DNA of 64,000 nucleotides from Limimaricola sp. (GTDB taxonomy: Bacteria > Pseudomonadota > Alphaproteobacteria > Rhodobacterales > Rhodobacteraceae). The notes beneath the pieces were generated by a model. The model saw only the letters and a list, made by a program, of their open reading frames with translations. It did not search any database and was not told the origin of the DNA. Numbering within the stretch: position 1 is the stretch's first letter; the number at the start of each line of letters is the position of its first letter. Positions 1 through 8,010 of the stretch are shown here, piece by piece. Both the position numbers and the translations under genes were made by a program. The stretch covers positions 201,128 through 265,127 of the forward strand of contig NZ_WGLM01000001.1 in the NCBI RefSeq assembly GCF_016125575.1, given 5' to 3'.

Positions 1-1334
1 AGCGCAAGAACGACCAGCGCACCCGCCACGCCTGCGGCGGTCCAGAGCGTCAGCATTACCGCGCCCGACAATGCCGCCGCTGCCCCCAGCAGAGCCGCGA
101 GGAGAAGCGCGGTGGCGACCAGGTAGCGCGGCGCGGGCAGGGCGCGGCCGCTGGCGGAGGCGTCGCGAAAGAGCGTTGCCGCGCGGATCTCGTCGGTGCG
201 GGCCAGCGGCCAGAGCGTGAAGATCAGCGCCGACAGCAGGCCATAAAGCGCCGCCTCGGCCAGCGGCGCGGGGTAAAGGCTGAAATCGGCCGGAATTGGT
301 AGGGCCGCAGCGATGGCAGGGGCGAAGACAAGCGGCAGCGCGCCGCCGATCACAACACCCAGCGCGATACCAAGAAGCGTCAGCGCGCCGATCTGCAGGA
401 AATAGGTCTGAAAGATCGTCGCGCGCGTGGCGCCCAGCGTCTTGAGCGTGGCGATAACGCCGGTCTTGCCCGCAAGATAGGTACGTACCGCCGCCGAGAC
501 GCCCACGCCGCCCACCGCCAGCCCGCAAAGGCCCACGAGGATAAGAAATGACCCCATCCTGTCGACGAAACGCGCAGTTCCAGGCGCGCCGTGGCGCGCG
601 TCCGACCAGCGCATCCCGGCGTCACGGTAGAGCTTTTCGGCACGGACCTTGAGCTTGGCGAGGTCTGTGCCGGGCGGCACCAGCAGGCGGTAATCTGTCG
701 AATACAGGGTTCCGGGCTGGATCAGGCCGGAATTGGCAAGATCGCGCGTCAGCACGATCATACGCGGGCCAAGGCCGAAACCGCCCGCCGCGTTGTCCGG
801 GTAATGCGTAAGGATCGCGCTGAGAACAAAGGTTTGCGTGCCAAGTTTGAACGTATCGCCGGGGGCAAGGCCCAGACGGTCGGTCAGTGCCTTTTCCACG
901 ACCGCGCCGGGCAGGCCATCCTTCCCGGCCAGGGCGGTCGCCAGCGGCATGGCAGGGTCGAGCGTGACCTTGCCGATCAGCGGATAGGCGTCATCCACGG
1001 CGCGGACCTGCGTTAGGCCGCGCTGGGCGGTGTCACCGCTGCCGACCACGGCCATCGAACGGAAATCGACCGTTTCCGAGACCTTGGTGGCGACCGAATG
1101 CAGGAATGCCTTCTCGGCATCGGTGGCAAAGCGATAAGTGAATTCGGCCTGCGCATCGCCGCCCAGAAGTGTAGCGCCCTGCTGGGTCAGGCCCGCCTCG
1201 ATGGCGCTGCGGACCGAACCGACGCCGGCGATGGCCGCGACACCCAGCGCAAGGCAGGCGAGGAAAATGCGGAAGCCCTTCAGGCCCCCGCGCAATTCGC
1301 GCCGGGCCAAGCGGGCGGCCAGGCCAAGGCTCAT
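1..1334 (-). CDS. ybbP: ABC transporter permease, FtsX/YbbP-like (N-terminal part only; gene continues beyond window start)
   Basis: The minus-strand frame is open from the ATG at 1334, which forms an ATGA overlap with the stop of the upstream ATPase. It reads MSLGLAARLARRELRGGLKGFRIFLACLALGVAAIAG... and stays hydrophobic to the window edge. It is absent from the ORF track because it runs off the window. The tesA / ybbA-ybbP synteny is known from E. coli. Confidence 0.75.
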   Translation of the reverse strand, partial: MSLGLAARLARRELRGGLKGFRIFLACLALGVAAIAGVGSVRSAIEAGLTQQGATLLGGDAQAEFTYRFATDAEKAFLHSVATKVSETVDFRSMAVVGSGDTAQRGLTQVRAVDDAYPLIGKVTLDPAMPLATALAGKDGLPGAVVEKALTDRLGLAPGDTFKLGTQTFVLSAILTHYPDNAAGGFGLGPRMIVLTRDLANSGLIQPGTLYSTDYRLLVPPGTDLAKLKVRAEKLYRDAGMRWSDARHGAPGTARFVDRMGSFLILVGLCGLAVGGVGVSAAVRTYLAGKTGVIATLKTLGATRATIFQTYFLQIGALTLLGIALGVVIGGALPLVFAPAIAAALPIPADFSLYPAPLAEAALYGLLSALIFTLWPLARTDEIRAATLFRDASASGRALPAPRYLVATALLLAALLGAAAALSGAVMLTLWTAAGVAGALVVLA

Positions 1335-2029
1335 TCCGCAGCCTCGGCGCGGGCGTCTTCGCCGTCGATGCGGCCGTCGCGCAGCCGGATCACCCGGTCG
1401 CAGCGGCGGGCAAGGTCGGGCGCGTGGGTGACCATGATCAGCGTGGCGCCGTGCCGGTCGCGCAGGCCGAAAAGCAGGTCGATGATCGCCGCACCATTGG
1501 CCTCGTCGAGGTTGCCGGTCGGCTCGTCGGCCAGCAGGATGCGGGGCCGGGGCGCCGCGGCGCGGGCCAGCGCCACGCGTTGCTGTTCGCCGCCCGAAAG
1601 CTGGCCGGGGTAATGGTCGGCCCGGTGGCCGAGGCCAACGGCGGCCAGTTCCTCGCGTGCGCGGTCGAAGGCGTCGGGCTTGCCGGCCAGTTCCAGCGGG
1701 GTTGCCACGTTTTCCAGTGCGGTCATCGTCGGGATGAGGTGGAAGGATTGGAACACCACCCCCATATTGTCACGGCGGAAGCGCGCCAGCGCGTCCTCGT
1801 TCATTCGCGTCAGGTCCTGGCCCAGCGCAGTGACGGTTCCGCCGGTGGCCTGTTCGAGACCGCCCATCAGCATGAGGAGAGACGACTTGCCCGACCCGCT
1901 TGGCCCGATCAGCCCAAGGCTTTCGCCCGCCTTCACCGACAGCGTGATGCCGTGCAGGATGTCCACCGTGCCGGCATTGCCCTTCAGCGACAGGCGTGCG
2001 TCGGTCAGGGTGAGGATTGCGTCGGTCAT
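1331..2029 (-). CDS. ybbA: ABC transporter ATP-binding protein (YbbA/LolD-like)
   Basis: Uses the internal ATG (MTDAILTL...) of the 385-aa track ORF. Has Walker A GPSGSGKSS, signature LSGGEQQR and Walker B ILLADEPT. Confidence 0.9.
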   Translation of the reverse strand: MTDAILTLTDARLSLKGNAGTVDILHGITLSVKAGESLGLIGPSGSGKSSLLMLMGGLEQATGGTVTALGQDLTRMNEDALARFRRDNMGVVFQSFHLIPTMTALENVATPLELAGKPDAFDRAREELAAVGLGHRADHYPGQLSGGEQQRVALARAAAPRPRILLADEPTGNLDEANGAAIIDLLFGLRDRHGATLIMVTHAPDLARRCDRVIRLRDGRIDGEDARAEAAE

Positions 2030-2093
2030 GCGGGCTGCCTCCGTTCTGGTCCGGGCCGGGGCCCGGTCAACTGGATATGGGGCGGTCCGGGGA

Positions 2094-2726
2094 TTGCGCA
2101 ACCTGAGTTTGGCGCTGCTGCTGGCAGCGGGCGCGGCACATGCCGAAACCGTGACCGTGGCGGCGCTGGGCGACAGCCTGACGCAGGGCTTCGGCCTGCC
2201 GCAACAGGACGGGTTCGTGCCGCAATTGCAGGCATGGCTCGATGCCCACGGCGCCGATGTGAAGCTAATCAACGCGGGCGTTTCGGGCGATACCACGGCC
2301 GGCGGCCTCAGCCGCGTGGATTGGACCCTGACGCCGGACGTGCAGGCGATGATCGTGGCGCTGGGCGGCAACGACCTGCTGCGCGGGATCGAGCCCTCGG
2401 TCAGCAAGGCCAACCTAGACGGCATCCTGGCCAAGGCGCAGGCGGCGGGCGTCAAGGTTCTGCTGGTGGGCCTGCCCGGGGTCGGCAATTACGGGCCCGA
2501 CTACAAAGCGGCCTTCGACGGGATGTTCACCGAGCTTGCCGCGAAATACCACGTCCCGCTCTACCCCGATTTCTTCAAGGGCATCGAAGAGGCGGCCGGC
2601 AGCATGGCCAAGGCCGGACCGCTGATGCAAGCCGACGGCATCCACCCTAACAAGCAGGGCGTGGCCGACAACGTCGCAGCCATTGGCCCGGCGGTGCTGG
2701 CGCTGGTTCAAAGCGTGGGAAAATGA
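2094..2726 (+). CDS. tesA: Secreted SGNH/GDSL arylesterase-lysophospholipase (TesA-like)
   Basis: Has GDSLTQG (block I), GGND (block III) and DGIHP (block V), plus a signal peptide LRNLSLALLLAAGAAHA|ET. The start is uncertain: TTG 2094 is preferred. ATG 2028 is the alternative but would overlap the divergent ybbA start. Confidence 0.8.
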   Translation: MRNLSLALLLAAGAAHAETVTVAALGDSLTQGFGLPQQDGFVPQLQAWLDAHGADVKLINAGVSGDTTAGGLSRVDWTLTPDVQAMIVALGGNDLLRGIEPSVSKANLDGILAKAQAAGVKVLLVGLPGVGNYGPDYKAAFDGMFTELAAKYHVPLYPDFFKGIEEAAGSMAKAGPLMQADGIHPNKQGVADNVAAIGPAVLALVQSVGK

Positions 2727-2748
2727 CGGGCCCGAGGGCCGGGCCCGT
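2726..2748. terminator. GC hairpin between convergent tesA and csp genes
   Basis: ACGGGCCC-gagggcc-GGGCCCGT is a perfect 8-bp stem that starts in the tesA stop codon. There is no clear T-run. Confidence 0.45.
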
Positions 2749-2768
2749 CGGGATCAGTCGAAACGGCC

Positions 2769-2975
2769 TCAGGCCAGTTTCAGGTTGACCGCCGATTCAC
2801 GGCCGTCGCGTCCGGCCTCGATGTCAAACGTGACCTTCTGGTTGTCCTTCAGGCCGGTCAGGCCCGACCGCTCGACAGCCGAGATATGCACGAAAACGTC
2901 CTTCTTGCCGCCATCAGGCGCAATGAAGCCGTAACCCTTGGTGGTGTTGAACCATTTGACGGTACCCGTCGCCAT
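2769..2975 (-). CDS. Cold-shock protein (CspA family), copy 1
   Basis: 68 aa, [34 protein letters not shown]..., with RNP1/RNP2 motifs. The ATG at 2975 lies inside the longer track ORF. Confidence 0.95.
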   Translation of the reverse strand: MATGTVKWFNTTKGYGFIAPDGGKKDVFVHISAVERSGLTGLKDNQKVTFDIEAGRDGRESAVNLKLA

Positions 2976-3062
2976 GTCCAGTTTCCTTCTTAACTCCGCT
3001 CGCGGGATGCAGCGGACCGGCTCGTCAGTGCTGATCGATTGACTGGGCCGATAAGGAGACAG

Positions 3063-3083
3063 GTGGTCGATAGAGGTAACGTC
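3063..3083 (-). promoter_or_regulatory. Conserved block in the csp 5' leader (copy 1)
   Basis: GTGGTCGATAGAGGTAACGTC (plus strand) matches 19/21 with 3490..3510. It lies at a similar distance (about 90-115 nt) upstream of the csp start. Confidence 0.4.
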
Positions 3084-3188
3084 GCGCCCATAAGTATGAG
3101 CACGAATCGGCGCAAAATCAAGATTCATTGATTGCGCGTGATCCGCGCGGAGACATGCCCCGCGCGGGTCGTATTTTCCTGACGGGCC

Positions 3189-3395
3189 TTAGGCCAGCGA
3201 CAGATTGACAGCCGATTCGCGGCCGTCACGGCCGGCTTCGACGTCGAAGGTGACCTTCTGGTCGTCCTTCAGGCCGGTGAGGCCCGACCGCTCGACGGCG
3301 GAGATGTGGACGAACACGTCCTTCTTGCCACCATCGGGGGCGATGAAGCCGAAGCCCTTGGTAGCGTTGAACCATTTCACGGTGCCGGTAGCCAT
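3189..3395 (-). CDS. Cold-shock protein (CspA family), copy 2
   Basis: 68 aa, [34 protein letters not shown]..., a tandem paralog of 2769..2975. Confidence 0.95.
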   Translation of the reverse strand: MATGTVKWFNATKGFGFIAPDGGKKDVFVHISAVERSGLTGLKDDQKVTFDVEAGRDGRESAVNLSLA

Positions 3396-3489
3396 CGTGA
3401 TCTTCCTTCTCATGTTGCTGCCCGCGGAAGTGCGGCAGCCTGGCGTCGTCAGTGCAAAATCGAATGACTGGTGCCTTGGAAGGTGATCA

Positions 3490-3510
3490 GTGGTCGATGG
3501 AGATAACGTC
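3490..3510 (-). promoter_or_regulatory. Conserved block in the csp 5' leader (copy 2)
   Basis: GTGGTCGATGGAGATAACGTC. See 3063..3083. A second shared block, CGTCAGTGC..ATCGA.TGACTGG, lies closer to both start codons. Confidence 0.4.
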
Positions 3511-3571
3511 TGCGCGGGTCGTATGGGGGCAGAGGCTGCGAAAAGCAAGATAAATCGTGGTCTGGTCGCAA

Positions 3572-3877
3572 TCAGGCGACGGGTGTCAGCACGTCGAGAT
3601 CAGTGCAAGACTGGATCGGGATCGACTGGCCGAGCGCCGCGGCGAAGGCTGATTCGGTCGCCTCAAGCGTGGCCCGCGGAACGGCCTTCCACTGGTCTCG
3701 GCTGGCCCAGCGGATAATCAGGTGCAGCATCTCTGGCGTCGCCGCATCGCGCCAGGTTTCCTTGCTGATGAAACCCGGCTGGGCGGCCAGCGTTGCCGTC
3801 CAGATCGCGGCATCATTGGCAAGATAGGCGGCCTGCAAGGACAGCGGGACGCGGACAGTGAGATGTTCGATGACCAT
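3572..3877 (-). CDS. Small conserved protein, TIGR03792/ABM-fold-like (function unknown)
   Basis: 101-aa ORF MVIEHLTVRVPLSLQAAYLANDAAIWTATLAAQPGFISKETWRD...IIRWASRDQWKAV. The pattern is recalled from the TIGR03792 family; the assignment is by memory only. Confidence 0.55.
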   Translation of the reverse strand: MVIEHLTVRVPLSLQAAYLANDAAIWTATLAAQPGFISKETWRDAATPEMLHLIIRWASRDQWKAVPRATLEATESAFAAALGQSIPIQSCTDLDVLTPVA

Positions 3878-3975
3878 GATGCGGTCTTAGCGCCGTGTCT
3901 CACGCTGTCCAGCGCCCTCTTGAGCGACAGGGCCCGAAAACATATCTGAATGGAAATGTTTTATGGAGGCTGATG

Positions 3976-4401
3976 ATGGCGGGACTGAAACTGACATGCC
4001 TCGACTGCGGGCAGGTGAACCGGGTGCCGGGCGAAAAGCTGTCATCCGGGCCGAAATGCGCGGTCTGCGGGGCCAAGCTGGTGACCGACAAGGCGGTGGA
4101 GGTGGACCTGTCCACGCTGGAGAAGGCCGCGCGCAACGACGACTTGCCGCTGGTGGTGGATTTCTGGGCGCCGTGGTGCGGCCCATGCCGGATGATGGCG
4201 CCCGAGTTTGCCAAGGCGGCCGGCACGCTGGCCGGCAAGGCGCGGCTTGTGAAACTTAACACCGAGGCCGACCAGGGGGCGGGAATGAAATACAACATCC
4301 GCGCAATCCCGACGATGGTGAAGTTCCAGGGCGGACGCGAGGTGAAGCGGCAATCGGGCGCGGGCAACGCGGCGCAGATTGCCGGGTGGGTGGGGGTTTA
4401 G
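3976..4401 (+). CDS. trxC: Thioredoxin 2 (TrxC) with N-terminal zinc-finger
   Basis: Has CLDCG...CAVCG followed by the WAPWCGPC active site. GGAGG lies 6 nt upstream of ATG 3976. Confidence 0.9.
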   Translation: MAGLKLTCLDCGQVNRVPGEKLSSGPKCAVCGAKLVTDKAVEVDLSTLEKAARNDDLPLVVDFWAPWCGPCRMMAPEFAKAAGTLAGKARLVKLNTEADQGAGMKYNIRAIPTMVKFQGGREVKRQSGAGNAAQIAGWVGV

Positions 4402-4462
4402 GCGTATTCGGTTGACGTTGACTGAATGGCCATCCGTCCCCGACTTTCAGTTGAGATGGCAG

Positions 4463-4490
4463 CCCTGCCCGGCGTGTTCGCCGGGCAGGG
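4463..4490. terminator. Bidirectional hairpin between trxC and ettA
   Basis: CCCTGCCCGGCG-tgtt-CGCCGGGCAGGG is a perfect 12-bp stem. Confidence 0.6.
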
Positions 4491-4512
4491 GTCGACGATC
4501 GCCTTTGGCGTC

Positions 4513-6168
4513 TTACCGCACGAACTTCTTGAACTTCACGCGCTTGGGCTCCAGCGCGTCGGCGCCCAGCCGGCGTTTCTTGTCTTCCTCGTAATCCTCG
4601 AAGTTGCCTTGGAACCATTCGACATGAGCGTCGCCCTCGAAGGCGAGGATGTGGGTGCAGATGCGGTCGAGGAAGAAGCGGTCGTGGCTGATCACCACCG
4701 CGCAGCCCGCGAAATCGACCAGCGCATCTTCCAGCGCGCGCAAGGTTTCGACATCGAGGTCGTTGGTCGGTTCGTCGAGGAGCAGCACGTTGCCGCCCGA
4801 TTTCAGCAGCTTGGCCATGTGGACGCGGTTGCGCTCGCCGCCCGACAGAAGGCCCACCTTTTTCTGCTGGTCGCCGCCCTTGAAGTTGAAGGCCGAGCAA
4901 TAGGCACGGCTGTTCATCGTGGCATCGCCCAGTTCGATCAGTTCGGCGCCGCCGCTGATCTCTTCCCACACGGTCGCCTTGGGATCGAGCGCGTCGCGGC
5001 TTTGGTCGACATAGGCCAGCTTGGCCGTCTCGCCGTAGCTGATCGTGCCGGCGTCGGGTTCGATCTGGCCTGTCAGCATGCCGAAGAGGGTGGATTTGCC
5101 CGCCCCGTTGGGGCCGATCACGCCGACGATGCCGCCCGGCGGCAGGTCGAAGCTGAGGTCTTCGATCAACAGCTTGTCGCCCATGTGTTTTTTCAGGCCC
5201 TCGACGGAAATGACCTTGCCGCCAAGGCGTGGCCCGTGCGGGATGATGATCTGGGCGCGACCCATCTTCTCGCGCTCCGACTGGCCGGCCATCTCGTTAT
5301 AGGCGGCGATCCGCGCCTTGGACTTGGCCTGCCGCGCCTTGGCGCCCTGCCGCATCCACTCCAGTTCGCGCTCAAGTGTCTTCTGGCGCGACTTGTCGTC
5401 CTTCGCCTCGCGCTCCAACCGCTTGGCTTTGGCCTCGAGCCAGCTGGAATAGTTGCCCTCGTGCGGGATGCCCGCGCCCCGGTCCAACTCGAGGATCCAG
5501 CCGGTGATCGCGTCGAGGAAGTAGCGGTCGTGGGTGACGATCAGGATCGTCCCCTTGTAGTCGACAAGGTGCTGCTGCAGCCACGCGATGGTCTCGGCAT
5601 CAAGGTGGTTGGTGGGTTCGTCCAGAAGCAGCATGTCGGGCGCCTCCAGCAGCAGCTTGCACAGGGCCACACGCCGTTTTTCACCGCCCGACAGGGTGGT
5701 GACATCGGCATCGTCGGGCGGGCAGCGCAGCGCCTCGAGGCTGACATCGATCTGCGCGTCGAGATCCCACAGGTTCTGCGCGTCGATCTCGTCCTGCAAC
5801 TTTGCCATTTCGTCGGCGGTCTCGTCGGAATAGTTCATGGCAAGTTCGTTGTAGCGGTCAAGAATCGCCTTCTTGGCGGCCACGCCCAGCATGACGTTCT
5901 CGCGTACGTTCAGCTTGGGGTCGAGTTCGGGTTCCTGCGGCAGGTAGCCCACGCGTGCGCCCTCGGCGGCCCAGGCCTCGCCCTGGAAATCCTTGTCCTG
6001 ACCGGCCATGATCCGCATCAGCGAGGATTTCCCCGAGCCGTTGACCCCCACGACGCCGATCTTCACGCCGGGCAGGAAATTCAGCCGGATGTTCTCGAAC
6101 ACCTTCTTGCCGCCGGGGTAGGTCTTGGACACGCCGTCCATGAAATAGACGTATTGGTAAGCAGCCAT
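4513..6168 (-). CDS. ettA: Energy-dependent translational throttle protein EttA (ABC-F)
   Basis: 551 aa, starting MAAYQYVYFMDGVSKTYPGGKKVFENIRLNF. Has two ABC cassettes (GVNGSGKSS / GPNGAGKST) and two LSGGE signatures. Confidence 0.95.
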   Translation of the reverse strand: MAAYQYVYFMDGVSKTYPGGKKVFENIRLNFLPGVKIGVVGVNGSGKSSLMRIMAGQDKDFQGEAWAAEGARVGYLPQEPELDPKLNVRENVMLGVAAKKAILDRYNELAMNYSDETADEMAKLQDEIDAQNLWDLDAQIDVSLEALRCPPDDADVTTLSGGEKRRVALCKLLLEAPDMLLLDEPTNHLDAETIAWLQQHLVDYKGTILIVTHDRYFLDAITGWILELDRGAGIPHEGNYSSWLEAKAKRLEREAKDDKSRQKTLERELEWMRQGAKARQAKSKARIAAYNEMAGQSEREKMGRAQIIIPHGPRLGGKVISVEGLKKHMGDKLLIEDLSFDLPPGGIVGVIGPNGAGKSTLFGMLTGQIEPDAGTISYGETAKLAYVDQSRDALDPKATVWEEISGGAELIELGDATMNSRAYCSAFNFKGGDQQKKVGLLSGGERNRVHMAKLLKSGGNVLLLDEPTNDLDVETLRALEDALVDFAGCAVVISHDRFFLDRICTHILAFEGDAHVEWFQGNFEDYEEDKKRRLGADALEPKRVKFKKFVR

Positions 6169-6312
6169 CGGAAACTCCTGTCGTCGCGGGTTGCGGCCTC
6201 AATACCGGGGCCGGGCGGCAGGGGCAATCGGCTGCGGGACCGGCATTTGACAGCCGCCCGCTTTCGCGGTTTGACTGCGGCGACCGAAGCGTAAACGATT
6301 TAGGAGTCCGCC

Positions 6313-7341
6313 ATGACCTACCGCCCCGCCGCCGACCGCTACGAGAAGATGGTCTATCGCCGCTGCGGGGCCTCGGGGGTGAAGCTGCCGGCGATCAGCC
6401 TGGGCCTGTGGCACAATTTCGGCCACGACATGCCGCACGCCACCAAGCGTGAGATCTGCCGCACGGCCTTTGACCTCGGCATCACCCACTTCGACCTGGC
6501 CAACAACTACGGCCCGCCGCCCGGCAGCGCCGAGGAGGCGTTCGGCGAGATCCTGCGGACCGATTTCCGCGGCTACCGCGACGAGCTGATCATCAGCTCC
6601 AAGGCCGGCTACCTGATGTGGGATGGGCCATACGGCGAATGGGGCAGCCGGAAATACCTGGTGGCCTCCTGCGACCAGAGCCTGAAACGGATGGGCCTTG
6701 ATTACGTCGACATCTTCTATTCCCACCGCTTCGACCCCGACACGCCGCTGGAAGAGACGATGGGGGCGCTGGATTACATCGTGCGGTCGGGCCGCGCGCT
6801 TTATGCCGGGATTTCCAGCTACAATTCCGAACGCACGCGGCAGGCGGTGGCGATCCTGAAGGATCTGGGCACGCCCTGCCTGATCCACCAGCCGAGCTAC
6901 AACATGCTCAACCGCTGGGTCGAGCGGGACGGGCTGAAGGAGACGCTGGCCGAGCTGGGCGTCGGCTCGATCGCGTTCACGCCGCTGGCGCAGGGGATGC
7001 TGACGACGAAATACCTTGGCGGCATCCCGAAGGACAGCCGCGCGGCGCAGGACAAGTCGCTGGACAAGGCGATGCTGTCGGACCGCGCGCTGGCCCATAT
7101 CGCGAAACTGAACGAGATCGCCCAAGCAAGGGGCCAGACGCTGGCGCAGATGGCGATTGCTTGGGTACTGCGCGAGGGCGGCATCACCAGCGCGTTGATC
7201 GGCGCCTCGAAACCGTCACAGGTTGAGGATTGTGCGGGTGCGGTGCGCAATCTGGATTTCACCGCCGAAGAATTGGCGGAAATCGACAAGTATGCCGACG
7301 AGGAGCAGATCAACCTCTGGGCCCGGTCGTCGGATGCGTGA
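6313..7341 (+). CDS. gpr: Aldo/keto reductase, L-glyceraldehyde-3-phosphate reductase (YghZ/Gpr)-like
   Basis: 342 aa, YRRCGASGVKLPAISLGLWHNFG...HFDLANNYGPPPG, an AKR family pattern. Confidence 0.8.
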   Translation: MTYRPAADRYEKMVYRRCGASGVKLPAISLGLWHNFGHDMPHATKREICRTAFDLGITHFDLANNYGPPPGSAEEAFGEILRTDFRGYRDELIISSKAGYLMWDGPYGEWGSRKYLVASCDQSLKRMGLDYVDIFYSHRFDPDTPLEETMGALDYIVRSGRALYAGISSYNSERTRQAVAILKDLGTPCLIHQPSYNMLNRWVERDGLKETLAELGVGSIAFTPLAQGMLTTKYLGGIPKDSRAAQDKSLDKAMLSDRALAHIAKLNEIAQARGQTLAQMAIAWVLREGGITSALIGASKPSQVEDCAGAVRNLDFTAEELAEIDKYADEEQINLWARSSDA

Positions 7342-7353
7342 CGGCGTGAGCGG

Positions 7354-7410
7354 CCCTTGCCTCGGGGCTCCGCCCCGGACCCCGGGAGTATTTAGGGCCA
7401 GAAGAAGGGG
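7354..7410 (+). repeat. Intergenic repeat family, copy 1
   Basis: CCCTTGCCTCGGGGCTCCGCCCCGGACCCCGGGAGTATTTAGGGCCAGAAGAAGGGG. The core GGAGTATTTAGGGCCAGAAGAAG recurs at 23223..23246 and, reverse-complemented, at 50015..50040. Confidence 0.7.
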
Positions 7411-7422
7411 GATCGGGGGGGA

Positions 7423-8010
7423 TTGAGCGCATCGAGACTCTCCACGGACGCGTTGAGCCCGGCGACTTGGCCGGGATATGCCGCCCTGATCGAGCGCCAC
7501 GGCGGCGTGTTCGGCGGGTGCTGGTGCCTGGCCTTTCACGCGGGCACCAAGGGTGGCAGTTTTGCCGAGCGGCGCGCGCTGAAGGAGAGGCTGGTTGCCG
7601 AGGGGCGCAGCCATGCGGGGCTGGTGTTTGACGGCGCGGACTGCATCGGCTGGGCGCAGTTCGGCCGGGTAGCGGAATTGCCCGCGATCAAGGCCAGACG
7701 GGCCTACGAGGCGGGGCGCGGGGACGATCCGCTGCCGGACTGGCGCATCACGTGCTTTTTCGTCGACAAGGCGCATCGCCGGCAGGGCGTGGCGGCGCGG
7801 GCGTTGGAGGCGGCGCTGGCGGAGATCGCGCGGGAGGGCGGCGGCGTGGTCGAAGCCTATCCCGAGGCGCTGGAGGGGCAGAAGACCGCGGCCGGGTTCC
7901 TGTGGGGCGGCATGCTGGGGCTATTCGAACGGGCGGGTTTCGCGCCCATCCGCAAGATCGGGCTGCACCGCTGGGTGGTGCGCAAGACAATCGAAGGGAG
8001 ACGTTCATGA
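7423..8010 (+). CDS. GNAT family N-acetyltransferase
   Basis: 195 aa with a TTG start. GGVFGGCWCLAFH...RRQGVAARALEAAL matches the acetyl-CoA binding R/Q-x-x-G-x-A pattern. The stop overlaps the next gene's start (ATGA). Confidence 0.75.
   Translation: MSASRLSTDALSPATWPGYAALIERHGGVFGGCWCLAFHAGTKGGSFAERRALKERLVAEGRSHAGLVFDGADCIGWAQFGRVAELPAIKARRAYEAGRGDDPLPDWRITCFFVDKAHRRQGVAARALEAALAEIAREGGGVVEAYPEALEGQKTAAGFLWGGMLGLFERAGFAPIRKIGLHRWVVRKTIEGRRS

Noticed and set aside
4426-6294. 622-aa plus-strand ORF
   Set aside because: It is antisense to ettA, which has clear twin ABC cassettes. Its composition is typical of a GC-rich shadow ORF.
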